A stretch of 64,000 nucleotides of DNA from Spizellomyces punctatus DAOM BR117 (taxonomy: Eukaryota), in assembly GCA_000182565.2 (NCBI GenBank), contig KQ257451.1. One strand, 5' to 3'. This document shows, piece after piece, positions 26,051 through 39,700 of this stretch. Each line of letters begins with the position of its first letter. Position 1 is the first letter of the stretch. Under the pieces are notes generated by a model, which saw only the letters and a list, made by a program, of their open reading frames with translations, had not been told where the DNA came from and made no database searches. Both the position numbers and the translations under genes were made by a program.

Positions 26051-29000
26051 TTACTTCAATTCGGGAAGGTTGTAATATAATTTGAGTGATTCCGGGTTGG
26101 CCAGCGTACCACTAGGGATCAAAGTCTCTCCCGAAATGATCCTTTTCACAGCCACTTCAACTTTTTTGCCATTGACAGTGTACTGCAAGCGGCAAAGTTC
26201 AATAAGATCTCTCCTGCTGGTTGAAGAGCATGTGTCATCTTACCGGGATGTCAGCGATGGGTAATATAACGGCTGGTACATGGCTGATGACAGAAGAGAT
26301 CAGACAACTGGACAAGTGGTAACCATTTGCGCAATACTAACCGTGCTGAGAGAAGGCCCTTTATGGTGGATTTGATAGACTCTACAAATTCGGGGGTAAA
26401 CTGGTGTCCGTCCGCCATCTTACAGAATAGGATAACTCTTTCGTCGGCTCCGCGCTTTTGCCCGACCTGGGACGATACGATAATGGAGTTAAATCGGCTG
26501 TGGTATATCAATCAGGACTCATGTAGATCTACCAACCACAAGCGTGTCAGCAAGCTGTGGGAACTGGTCCACTAGATACCAACAGGTAGGTTTAATATAG
26601 AGCCCAATAGATCACTGCTAAAAGAACATACAGATGTTGTAAAGTTCAGCACTGCCGAATCTGGGAGGCGTTGTCAGTAAGGCTAAAGGATGATAAAGGA
26701 TCTGATGCGCCGAAATATACCTGACACCTCCCGGATTTAGGGTACCATCGCTGGACGGCGGCAAGTGACGTTTGTACTTTGAGTGCAGCTGCAGACGATC
26801 ACCAGCAAAGCCAAGGTCTCACCTGCGACCAAGCATGTGAAATCCGCCAGTTTTTGAGTTAATGAGTACAAAGTCTCCATGGTACCAGACACCCTCAAAC
26901 CGAGAAAAGTATGCGGCTCTGTACTTTTCATTCTCTGGGTCATTCCAGAAGTATACAGGCATAACAGGGAATGGCTCTGAAAGAATAGCACATTCCCTTC
27001 TTAGCAACGAGCTGATGAGTAGAAAGACGTAAAAGGCTAGACGCACTGGTACAGATCAGGTCTCCAGGTTCATCGTACACCGGCTTGCCTATAAAGATGC
27101 AAATCAGTTAGTCAACAAAGCGAAACTACGTGTAAAGACGTGTACTTACCCGCGTCGTCCCACGCTTCCACGCTCATCCCCAGACCTCGACACTGGATCT
27201 CCCCACGATAGACAGGTAACGCAGCATTATGACCCGCAAATAGAGATACAATATCGGTGCCACCTGCGATAACCAGAAGAAATTCCAGAGAAATTTCCAA
27301 TCCACTATGAAAAACGCCGCCCACCTGTAATTGAGCCGAGTAACACGTCCTCCTTGATTTGTGTATATACATAGTCGAAGCTTTCAGGCTTCAATGGAGA
27401 TCCGGTGGAGTAAATGGTTCGCAGGGTACTCAGGTTGTGGGACTTGACTGAGCATGAAAGCAGGACAACTTAAGGATTGTTTCATTGATTGTCGCATACT
27501 GCTTCCACTTACTTGGAGTCACCTTGGCCTCTTGTAAGCTCTGAATGTACTTGGCAGACGTGCCGAAAACAGTAATCCTATGGTGTGTCTTCATAAACAC
27601 CTGACAGTCCCAACAACAACTGCTAATCAATATGCGCTTACTTTAATTCATCAATCAAGTCCAATAATCGCGCCGGAGTGGGCTTGAAAGGGCTGCCATC
27701 GTACAAAACCTAGGAATGATTGGTTAGCCGTCAACCGGGTGTTATGCAGACAGCATCCAGGCCGCCTTACCAGAGTCGCTCCAGCTAAAACATGTGATTG
27801 TCTAAGATAAGTCGAACGCATTCAAATTTGGCTCTGAAAACATGCCTTACTCACCCACCAAACCGCTGACAAGCCAATTCCACATCATCCAGCCAGTCTG
27901 TCGGAAGACGTCAAACATCGGTGTGCCATTGGCGACAATGCAGATTAACCCACAGTTGTATAGTAAAAGAATACATCGTCTTCTGACAAGTCCCCATGAA
28001 TGACATGCTCTTTGAGATGCTGAATGAGGATGCCCTACGATGCCCGGACTTCAATCCTAACTGCGAAAGCTCGAGTATGAACACCAGGGACGTTGGCTTA
28101 CCCCTGCGGAATGGACAATACACTTCGGTTTTCCTAATTTTTCCAAACATGCGTAAGCATAGGATCAAAAGGGCCGCTTGTAGCCGCAGATACTACTTAC
28201 CTGTGGTCCCAGAGCTGTACAGAATAACCAAGGGATGGTAAAACGGGAGCTGCTCAAAGATGATGTCCCTGCCATCATCAGTGATCAGGAAGTCCTTATA
28301 CGTCTCTCTGCAGTGGATCAATTAGTATCACAGCCAAGTCTAAGCCATACCAATATGTTCTCAAACCAACCCCTTCGGGATCATCGTTGCATCGAAGGGC
28401 TGCTCAACGAAGGGTATAATGATCACTTTCTCTAATGATTCTAAACCTTCCGCAACCTCCCTCAATTTTCCTAGGTGATCATGAGCTTTGCCGTTGTACA
28501 TCACCGCGTTGACGGAAAACAGGATCTTTGGCTTCACTTGAGAAAATCTCTCCAGAACTCCGGTTACGCCAAAGTCGGGAGATGTTGATGACCAGATAGC
28601 GCCAAGACTGGTAACGGCCAAAAACACAATGACCTATAAAAATAACCTCTCAGCAAGGGACAGACATCCTCCTTGTCAGGTCCAATTTACCGTTTCGGGG
28701 CAGTTGGGAAGGTAACCCGCGATACGATCGCCTGCCCGAACACCATGTCTGCGAAGCGCTGCAGCACATGCCCGAACGCGCTCATACGTTTGCTTGTATG
28801 TGTATTGGACATATAGGTGTCCTTCACCTAAGTATATGCATGTAAGAGCGGATTCGCATTGCTATAGTGGTCCGAAGATTACTCGCCAGCGCCAATGAGG
28901 GCAATATGATCATCGCGTCTAGCCAAAAGGTTTTCCGCAAAGTTTAATCGAGCTCCCTATGTCCGAATATGCCGTTAGAGAGATAGGACATACAGCTGTC

Positions 29001-29425
29001 ACGTTTCTCCGGCCAGCCGCCTTACCTTGAACCACTTGGGTATATTGTCCATGGAGACGTCGCGTTCAACCACCTACCCCATAATCAGAATTGTCGACCC
29101 CATAAGACTCGAAATAAAAGTCCCAGAACCCACCTCTGTATAGGGAACTGAGGCTTTAACTCCACAGTACTCCCAAACAGACGCCCAAAATTCCGGATAG
29201 TTTTCCACCGACCATTTCCATAATGCATCGTAATTTGCTTTTATCACACATAACATCGCAAGTATTAGACACTTCCAGGGTACTTTGGCATTTCAAAAGG
29301 ACTAAAAACACACCAAGCTTTAAATGATATCTCCTTTCAATGAATGACTTGAACTTTGCCATTTGAGTCTCCTCGGGACGCGAGGGCTTCCACAGTAGCT
29401 TTGGTTGCTGAAATCCGTTCGTCAT
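26051..29425 (-). CDS. AACS: Acetoacetyl-CoA synthetase (acetoacetate-CoA ligase)
   Basis: [123 protein letters not shown]. Confidence 0.95.
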
Positions 29426-30655
29426 GGTGCAATCAAGAATAATAAAGGGGAGCGTTTGAGACCAAGTACGCAGCAGATTCCTGAGATCACACTTGCTTGG
29501 GCTTTGCGAAACCCCGGCAGAACGGGCATCCTCCTCCAAGAGTTGTAGACAGTTGTATTGTGAGACCACAGTGGCTTAGTCGCGTGCGCGCCCCCGTGAC
29601 TCGGGCTTGGAAGGGGTTCGAATCACGTCGACAGACGAGGCATTCAATACGATGGTCGGTCTGGAGATACATTATTCATCTCCATCTCCAGCAGTTGTTA
29701 AAAGCGAATGGTCCAGTGCGGTGGAGAATTCTGTTCATTCATCTGGCATTGAAGTGCGTCGCTTGCCATACTCTCGAGTCATTGCACAATTGTCTATCGG
29801 CATGGCCCCCCTCTCTGGGTTGACTTCTTCATGTGCCTGCCACGGATGTGTCAACGGTAGTACATATCTCAGTGGTATAGTAGGTCGTACTGTAGCATGG
29901 AGCTAGGGATGTATTTGACAACGTAGCGCCAGCTTTTGTTAACAGTAGATGACACCCTGGGCATCGTTGCAAAGATCCCGACCTAGCGATGGTTTCTTTG
30001 GAGCTTTCGTGCAAGCAGAATATCTTTCTCGTTGATGTTGAATGTGGAGATTGGAAAGACTCTGCGCAGAATAGCTGTTCAATCCGCTATTGGGTGGCAT
30101 TAACCGGTCCGACCAACTAGTTTACAGCCGAACCAGACCAACTCGACATGGTGATTTTTTTTTTATTTCCGAGGGCTATACAAAAGCATTGCATCATCGT
30201 CATCGTCGTCCTCATTCAGTGCGAGTGCAAAAAGTCGATGCATTCGTCTTGATACGAAGACCACAACTGAGGAGTGTGCTGCGCGTATGCTGAAGCAACG
30301 TGTTCCATTATTCACGGGAGTCTGGTCACACAGGCAGGGTGAACTGTCAGCCAAGTTGGAGGGCGGAGCCATCCATTACATTCCACCACACGTTGCCCCT
30401 TCCTCTGCTTCTTCCTACTCAAATCTCACTCGTCTACGTCTTCACCTGTCAATCTCTTGTCCATGCGACCCACCCCATCCCTGTAGCTGCAATTGCTGAC
30501 GGATCACACTGTAGACTTCACCTTGGTCCGCGAAGGAATCTGACACTGGCTCCGAACTGTGGTTACAGGAGCGCACCGTCACAGTCGCTCTGTGGTCACA
30601 TCATCTTGGCCCTCTGCATGAGGTTGCGTTTTAGAAGAATTGGGAGCCCCCTTCT

Positions 30656-31743
30656 ATGAAGTTTGAGGGGATCAACCGATCTGAGCCCAAAATGCTCTAT
30701 TCTTCTGCGCCAGAGCAAGCCAGCGCAAAAACGACCGAGGAAGATGAAAGCAGCCAGCCTTCGGTTATTAATATCAACGTTCACCCAGACGATGCAAAGT
30801 GTGCAGTATTAATGGCTGTTAGTGTTTCTGGCTGTCGTAAGTCACTCTGCGGCTCATCACTAACTCAGCAATTCCACGTAGTGCATGAAGGCCCTCATTA
30901 TGCTCGGCAATCGGCCGTGTTCTCCAAAGGAACTTGCTGCATTCATTCTAAAGCACAAACTTGCTACCCTCGGGTATGTTCGTACATATGTTTTCTCAGC
31001 TTGTGCGTTTACCAAACATAACTTTTAGTGGTCAAACACCATATGCAACGGTATCGTCGCGAATTTCACAACATTTTAAGCGATGTGCGGAAGGTGTCCG
31101 TCGACCTCTTCTCGGCAAAAAGGCGGTCGTGGAATCCAACAGACGAACAAATGTGGGAATGCCACGTAAATGGCGATATTATGTTGACCAAGCAGGTGTG
31201 CCGGTTGCCGACGATAGTGAACCCATCGAGGATATTGAACCTCTCTTGGGCATGACGGGAACTGATATCGAGCAGTGGAGGAAAAAGCATGGTAGCGAAA
31301 AGGATGGCTCGTCTTCAAAGTCGGGAAGCGGATCCCGTGAAAGCTCCAAGGCGACTTCCGGTAGGAAGCGATCGGCGGGTGATCATCCGCGTAAGACTCT
31401 CAAAGCGGACGGAACACCCGTAAAAAGAGACCCACACTCTCCACCTCTATCCGCACAGACTTCGGCCAAGGGAAGCCCGGAGGCCTTTGAAACACCTTCA
31501 GGTAAGAGGGAACGACCTCCGCAGCAAGAAGCCAGTCCAAATGAGGAAGGATCTTCAGGCGACGAACCATCGTTAACTCCAACATCTGAGCCATACGAGG
31601 AAATAGTCAAACGTAAGGATCTTTTCGCTGCCGATGCAATGGAGACGTCCCATGAGGTTGCTTGCAAGATGCTGCAACATCATCGCACGGAACTGCAGGA
31701 CGACTTCCCGGTGAAGATGAAGCGGATCCGGGCCGATTCGTGA
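30656..31743 (+). CDS. GDS1-type/HARE-HTH-like winged-helix domain protein
   Basis: HPDDAKCAVLMA|CMKALIMLGNRPCSPKELAAFILKHKLATL|GGQTPYATVSSRISQHFKR, followed by a basic/Ser-rich disordered tail. The start may lie further upstream. Confidence 0.7.
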
Positions 31744-31980
31744 GCATAGAGAACTCGGCTGTAGATTTTGATCGTGCGCATATGCGGGTGGTGTATTCAG
31801 GGCTGCCCGCCTTTTGGTATTCTGTTTCAAACCATATACAAATAGCATTTCCCTATGGATGGAAAGCTCCTTCTGTGTCAAAACAAGAGAAAACGAAAAT
31901 CAGATCATTTGCTTTTTCTGCGTGTATTACAATCTCATTCCACTGGCTCCACCGCAGTCTACAAAGATCTATAACGGTCC

Positions 31981-34900
31981 TTATGCGCGTAAACCGTTCA
32001 GACAGGCCTCTTGAACCAGATGAGGCCAAATATAATCAAATTCTTGAATTCTTGCATGTGATCGTACACTTTTTGCCAAGGTCGTTTGAGTAAACTTCTT
32101 CGCAAAGGATTTCCAATGGCTGAGACGATTGTGTGCGGTTATCCTTGACTGGCTGAGCAACTCATGACAGCATCGCTCATCGTACTCCCGCGTATCTAGG
32201 CCCATGTTTAGCACGAAAGGAAGGACACTTTCCGGTGTCCTACTTAATGTGTATGAAGATAACTGTCCAACCGTCCGTTGCAGTGCACCTGAAACACATG
32301 ATAGTTAATGCGGACGTTTTTCTCCCTTTCGATTTGCAACTTACCGAAATGACCATTAGCATCCTCTAATTCTTCAATCGTAACAACCTCATTACATATC
32401 TTTTTTATTGAAAGATGACACAATCGAGATAGGACGTAATAACGGAAGAACGGAAGCGTTACCGCCGGGTTTTCATCGGCCATAAAGTCTAGATGAGACA
32501 CCTCTGGCAGCAAGGCGAGGTGGTTGATCTACAGAACGTGATCAACGGATTGCTATAGTGTATGTCAAATGACAAAATACGAACCTGTTTAAGCCTAGTC
32601 AAATTATTGTTGGAGAAGGCCACCGTGTGCAAGTTTGTGAAGCGTCTAAGTTTCAATAGAAAGTGCGCGATCTTTGGGAAACTAACGTAGGTAAATCGAA
32701 CCGTGTGCACGCTACTAGGATCTATTTTGTCGATCATGTTAATTGCGTCGCCGTATCTAAGTAGGAGTAATGAGGTTTTTGATCAAATCAGCGGGCTGAG
32801 TGAGGAAAGTACTCACATTGCAAGTCGACCATTGGTGAGCTCAATGTATCCATTTTCGCCATTGAAGATTTTCACTGAACGTTCATCAATGATCTTTACA
32901 CTGCAATTCCGGATACCAGAATGTTAAACCGAGACTTACCTTCCTCCACCAACAATGCTTTGGAACTCCTTGTTCTGGCTGCACTGCTTGCTCTCGAAAT
33001 AGGTTTCGATAGGCTGGAGCGACTTGCTAGCCATGGCACATCTGGTGGTTGAGGCCGTGACTTTCTGTCGTTTGCATCATTCACGGAACGCTGTTCCAAT
33101 CGCACTTCTATGCTCCAATTACGCTGAATGTAGGCGATCACACGTTCTCTACGTTATAATTAACTCAGTAAGCAGAAATATGTTCCCTCGAATTTCACCA
33201 CCATACCTCTCCTCTCTTTGCAAGTTCATTCTCTCAGACTCCTTCCGGCGCTCGCTCTCTCTTCTGGCAATTTTTGTTGCAGCTCTTCGTTCTTCATCAT
33301 TAATTCTCTTTCCATCCAAGGTTTTGAGCGAACGAATGCGGTTTATGACAAATGCCCGGTGGAAACCATCCTTGCATATTGGGTTGCTGTCTATGGCGAG
33401 GTCTAGGTCATGATACTCCGTCAGCGCATATGCGATATCTGATAGTCTCAAAAGGGCCTGAATGACAACTTTACCATTCAAATGGGGCAAGCGCAACACA
33501 TCTGAAATATCATCGAATGAGGTGATTTCATTGTGATTGAGCATGAGCCTTCGCAGACTGTCGAGCTCCGTGATGTCTTTTACGACGGATATCTATTAGA
33601 TGACAGCTGAGTGCTGGGAAGCCAAGCTTGACGACAATACAAGAATAGGGGTAAAAACCTTATTCCGCTTCAAATTGACCTCGGCAATGGATCGGAGCCC
33701 CTCTAACTGGGATACGTCCTTGATACAATTGTCCTCTAGATTCAACACTCGGAGCTCTGAAAGATGACCAAGATTCTCTGATGATACAAAAGGTCAGCAC
33801 GCGAGATTGCAGCTGGAAATACGCGAGATGATACTCACCAATAAGCTCGATCTGATTACTATGCAAATCCAGCACATCTAGTTTGCTCAGATTTTCCAAT
33901 CCCTCAATTTTGTGTATGCTGTTTCGACCCAGCATCAAAACCCGCAGATTTTGCAGAGATTTCAGGCCACTAATGCGCTACAGCTGTTAATCAGAAAAAG
34001 ATCACAGGATATCGCTCATCAAAGTGATGGTCTCACTTCGAGATGATTGTTGTAAAAATCGAGGAAAACCAAGTTGACAAGGTGATCGAGATGTTCAATC
34101 TTCGTTATGAAATTATTTTGGTAGTTTAATAGGCGCAGGCGGGTCTCGTTTGGAAGAGTGAGGCATGTCTGAGAACACAGACCTGGTCAAACCGCTAACA
34201 GGAAAAATGGACAGACCAGTAACTACGCACGTATAGGTTTTGTCGATTTAGATTTAGACGTTCCTTTCCGCCTTCCTGCTCCTCTGATGTGCGATGTAGC
34301 TAGACACAAAACTACGGTCAATAAGTACCATTCAACACCACATTCGGTATGTAGGTGCCAAAAATGCGTTTATACTACCCACTTCTTGATTGATTGGCGC
34401 TACTTGCCCAATATTCCCTACTTCAGCGTCTCCTGCTTTCGTAGCCCAAGTACTCACAGGTTGATATGGAACACCACTTGGCTCACACGCATGTGCAATA
34501 GGGCAAAGCTGTGAGACTGAGGATGCGCGGGAGGCTTGTGACCATCGGTCGCATGATCCACTACGAACGGCGGGCGGTTTAGGAACCATGTCGGCTATGG
34601 AGTTCGCCGACACGAGCGTTGTTGCGGAAGAGTTGATTGATGCTGGGTTGGAATGTTTAACGGCGGTTGGAGACAGTTGCTGTGGTTTGCGTGGAATGGA
34701 TAAGCAACGCGGCGAACACATCTTTCATTACTCTCTTATACGCGCACCCCTATAAATAAGCACGGGGAGGGAGACCACGCATGCTTCGTTCCTGGTAAAC
34801 GTTTAGCATTTCGTTCAAACGCTCGATTGGGAAGGAAAGCAGGTGCTCACCAGCTGATGCAGATGCAGGTCGATTTTGACTCTGTCTTTTCCTAGACTCG

Positions 34901-35322
34901 CACAAGGTCGCCAGCTAACCAATCCATGTCATTAAGTCGCGGACCAATGCAAGATCCTTACAAGTGACCACGTACTAGTCTCTCTCCACTTGGTTTGATA
35001 ACTGCCAGACCGCCCATATATCGCATAGTGACTTCTGATATTGTAGCCCGCCTACCGTTCCCAGTATGTAAGCATCTTAAAGTACATGGTATGTGTAGTC
35101 ACATTTCATTCATAGATACCCCATATTAGAAGCGGTAGACGGTCTGGTATCCCCACCATTTTTGCCCTGTTGTGAGCCTGCCCTGCCCTTGGGCGCGGGT
35201 GCAGATTGGGGCCTTTGGCGGCCGTCTTGTTGAAGCAGAAGGGGGGCTGGTAGAGATGCAGGGGACACTCGGTTCGTCCTTTTTGAGGATTTATTGGAAC
35301 TTGCGGACGATGCACGTAGCAT
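31981..35322 (-). CDS. LRRC49: Leucine-rich repeat protein LRRC49-like (centriolar satellite / tubulin polyglutamylase-associated)
   Basis: ERLNLNRQNL, LRLLNYQNNFITKIEHL..LVFLDFYNN.LE|RISGL.SL.NLRVLMLGRNSIHKIEGLENLSKLDVLDLHSNQI, LDGKRINDEERR, and a second LRR block near the C-terminus. The 5' exons are uncertain. Confidence 0.8.
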
Positions 35323-35575
35323 TGTTCGAGGGATTATGATCGTCCCACAACCGATAGCGATCGGCTTGGCTGGGAAAGACCGCGCTGCGCCACTGACTAT
35401 TGCTTACGTGAAGCGCGTCTTAATGACTCTGCTGCTTTATTCCACGACCACTATCCCGTCTAAATCTTGCCAAAGGCGTAGCTTAGTCTTTCTATTAGCT
35501 GTCCTATGAGGCTATCCTACTCTACAAAGACCTCATAATTCCGTTTGGCGCTTACAATCTGGTACGCGGGACAAG

Positions 35576-37903
35576 TCAATCGACAAAGACTTGTTCGTCC
35601 ACGACTGCAAATTCTTCAAAAAATGACTGCAAAGATTACAAGTCAGGAACCGGCAAATTCAAGATGGATCGGCGCTCGGCTTGATAGACAACCAACCTCA
35701 AACAAAGCCACAGCGTGCTTCACATCCTCCACTCCAGCCGTCTCCCGGATAGAGTGCATACTGAGTTGTGGGTTTCCGACGTCTTGACGAAGATTTCATT
35801 GTATTAGCGTATATCCTTACGGCCATGGGCTATAGTTCCTTACCAATCGTTCGTAATCCCAACTTAGCACTCAGCATTGGCCCAATAGTGCTACCACATG
35901 GAGAATCGTTCCTGACCACAAATTCCTGAAGAGGGACGTTCCTCTTTCGTGCCACTTCCCGGACGATAGCCGTACTAACAGCAGTGGTTGCATATCGCTG
36001 ATTCGCATTCTGCTTGATGACGACTCCCTTGTTCATAGCAGGGCGGTGGTTTTCTTCGTGTTTTTCGAGGTAGTTAGGGTGTAGTGCATGTGCCATGTCC
36101 GCCGAGATGAGAAGAGATCGAGTCATTGCGCGCTCAAAGCTTGACTGATAAGGGTCAAGGGAAGGGTGCAGAGAAGGGCAGGATGACTTTAACACTAAAA
36201 TCCAATCCGACATCTTAGCGGCAAATTTCCCGCCAAACGTATTGCCTCTGTCGGGGAACGAAGGGAACCGTATTGACGGAACAAGACCCACCTCTGCCTT
36301 GTCTCCTGTTTCCACTTCCGCAGCAAGACGTCTCAACGTGATCTCCAATAAATTCGATCCAGCACCATAGGATGAGACGGAGCCCACTTCCTCATTATCG
36401 AAAAGCACAACGACTCGGATGTTAGGGTCTTTTTGCAAACTGTCACCCTTTGTACTGTTGACCAAAGCCTGAGTTTGGTCCAAGGTTAGTTCATCAATAA
36501 CGGTCACGAATGCACTCAGAATTGTGTTTATGGAGACGCACCGTTATGGAACAGTAAGACATCATCAAATTGTCCAATCGGGCAGAAAAGATGTATTCAT
36601 TCTGAGCACCACCAATAGTTGAAGGCTGCGTGTCATACAAACACAGCTCAAAATCACCCAGTTGGTCCCCTAAAGTACTTTTAGTCATGGCGCTCAATGA
36701 GAAATGGTCAGCGAGACTCTTACCATCAAGCTTCAATTCATCAGCCAGGATCTTGAGAAGTAAAGGGGCGTGCTTATCTTCATTGGGCGCCTGGTGGACC
36801 GCATTCTTCTGTTCGGCGTCGGCATTCAACCTACGTCATATTTGTGAGTGATGAAGTGTACAGTACAATAGCTTCTAATATCAAAATCAAACATTTTGGT
36901 AGCCGCTGAAGCTAAAATGGGAGTGAGCTGGACCTCATTGTTGAACTTGAAGCCTTCAGAGACGCCGCGATCCAAGTGAATAGCTAGCGTCGGGATGCGC
37001 AAAATTGGGCTACAGGTTATTAACATAAGAGAAAATCAATATCCCTCTCACTGAGACAAATACGTTAGAAGACAATCATAACTTCCAGAACATACCGGTC
37101 GACGCGCACCAAGCGATGGTCAAGCTTCCCCTCTGCTGTTCTTACCAAGACACGGCCCGCAATCCTGAAAAGTTTACAGACATATTAGCTGGACTCGCCA
37201 GCATGAGTGAACATAGAGCTTGATTGCCAACCCTAGGTCTCGATCAAACCACGTATGCCTTATTTGATAATGAGCTCATCTGCAGGAATTCGCCAACGAG
37301 AAGAGCAGGAAACAGGCTTACCAGAGGCCTCCCCCGTAAAGTTGCACGCCGACTTGAGTGTAGCCGCCTTTCTCTTTCTTTGAGTGTGGTTTAACCTACA
37401 AACAGTGGAGGCCCTAAATCTATCCTGCCTCAAAGAATAATAACAGATAAGAACGACCCCTTTTGATTGACATACCTTCAAACATGGAGAGTCTGTATGC
37501 GCCCCAACCACAGAGAATCCATTTCCGCTGACGTATTTTCCACCAACAGCAAACGCCGTGATCGAGCTCTTGTTCCTGGTGAAGAAGTACTTCCCTTCCC
37601 GACGGAGTTTTCCGCTCCAAGTATCGCGTTCGCGGATTTCCTCAAATCCAGCGGCAAGGAGACGCTGCCGAGACGTTTCAACAGCGTGAAACGGTGAAGG
37701 AGACGAGTTGACAAAGTCGATGAAGTCTGAAGCGGACTGCGTGGCAAGTGTTGACGGAGTGGAGGTTGTGAAATGAACGGTTGGGCGATGCGACGTGTGC
37801 AAAAGGCAAGTAGAAGGTCGACCGTAGGTTAGAAATCGCTATTTGAGAGTCAACAAAGCATCAATTCCGACAGACTGCCGACAATCATGTCTCCCCTTAC
37901 CAT
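35576..37903 (-). CDS. DNPEP: Aspartyl aminopeptidase (peptidase M18; Ape4/DNPEP)
   Basis: [101 protein letters not shown]. The first coding exon is ATG alone (37901-37903). Confidence 0.96.
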
Positions 37904-38311
37904 GGTTTTTGTAGGATTCAAGATCGGATTGCGCAAACCAAAACACACCCCAAACTCGAGTGCGCGTCCAGTTGGATCTTGTAACACGTGACCTTCTTCG
38001 AATATTCACGGGGCAGCGGTGGCTAACGAGGACTTAACCCTCTGGCTGCATTCTTTCATCTTGCCATCTCTGCGCCTACCTTCCTCCCTGCGCCTCCCGG
38101 ACGCTTATGCCGCAAAGTGGTGAAGCCCTTGGAACTGCCACAAAGCCGTAGGCTGCCGACATATTTATAGATATATGAAGCAGCTGGACCATTTCGACTC
38201 AACTTGTTTTGGACACCAAGTTCGTACTGTTTCTCTAAACCCACATACAGCAAGTCAACGACCCACGACTATCGAATTCACTAGAATACCTCATCCCTTC
38301 AACCTCGAATC

Positions 38312-39624
38312 ATGTCCGCGCCTGCTCCTGCTACTCCTTCTCGTCGAGCACGACCACGACCTGTGCGACTGGGTGTGTCGCCAATAAATCTCAATGGCCT
38401 GCCACCACATCAAGAACTCGAGTCTCCTTCAGGCGCTCTTGTTCCACAGCTAGCTGAGCTTTCCCTCCCACAAGAAACAAAGCTAGATCTGAAGAATGAA
38501 GATATTGACATCTTGAGCGAGCTGGGTGCAGGCAACGGAGGTACTGTTCACAAAGTCAAACATGTGCCAACTGGTACTATCATGGCCAGAAAGGTAAGAC
38601 TCAGATGCATATCTAGTATCATGCTGCTGTATGGATTCTCAATGGCCTTGTCACAAAACAGGTCATTCACGTTGAAGCCAAGAACAGTGTTCGGCGGCAG
38701 ATTGTACGGGAACTTCAAATTATGCACAAGTGCAATTCTCCATACATCGTATCATTTTACGGCGCTTTCCTAAATGAAGGAGACATTTCGATTTGCATGG
38801 AATATATGAACTTGGGATCCTTGGACAACATCTATAAGAAGATTGGTCCGATTCCAGAGGATGTCGTCGGAAAAGTGACACATGCAGTACTAGCAGGTTT
38901 GGTATATTTATACATGCAACATCGCATAATTCACAGAGGTATGGTTTGCCTAGGCGTTCATTTTCAGCTCACCCGTCTTCCTCTTGCTCACAAACACACG
39001 ATTTTGGGAAACAATAGATGTCAAGCCCAGTAATATCTTGCTGGACTCAGCCGGTCACATCAAGATTGCTGATTTCGGCGTCAGTGGGCAGCTGATCAAT
39101 TCAGTGGCAAACACGTTTGTTGGAACCAGCGCGTATATGTCGGTAGGTATCACATTTTTGGAAGTTACTCTTCCCAAAGTGTATGTCAAACTAAAGTCGA
39201 CATATTGCAGCCAGAACGTATACAAGGGGGGAAATATTCGGTGCAATCGGACGTTTGGAGTTTGGGGATAACATTAATGGAGTTGGCCCTAGGGAAGTTC
39301 CCGTTCCCACCCGAGGGAAAACCCCTTTCGGTGTTTGAATTACTCGAATATATTGTAAATGAGCCTGTACCAACGCTACCCGCCGGACAATTTTCTGAAG
39401 AACTCGAAGGATTCATTGGACGATGGTACGTCGGTCTTAAACCGGTTTCGTTCGACGAAAACTAAATGCAGCGCGCCCTCTCTCTTAACAGCCTAATCAA
39501 GGATCCCGCAGCACGCCCAACCCCTTCAGAACTTCTGAAAGATCCATATTGCCGACAAGCGGCAGAAAAGCCAGTGGATGTGAAGGAGTGGGCAAAGATT
39601 TTGCAGGATGTAAACAAGGGGTGA
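38312..39624 (+). CDS. STE7: MAP kinase kinase, STE7/MEK1 type
   Basis: N-terminal docking motif [75 protein letters not shown]. Confidence 0.93.
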
Positions 39625-39700
39625 TGATTGTACATGTGACACAAATATCACGATATTTTATGGGAATTCGGCTGCGCATATATTGCTCTGCCTTTCGCTC

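Noticed and set aside
29480-30600. Many short ORFs between AACS and the winged-helix gene
   Set aside because: Stop-interrupted with no motifs; treated as divergent promoter/UTR.
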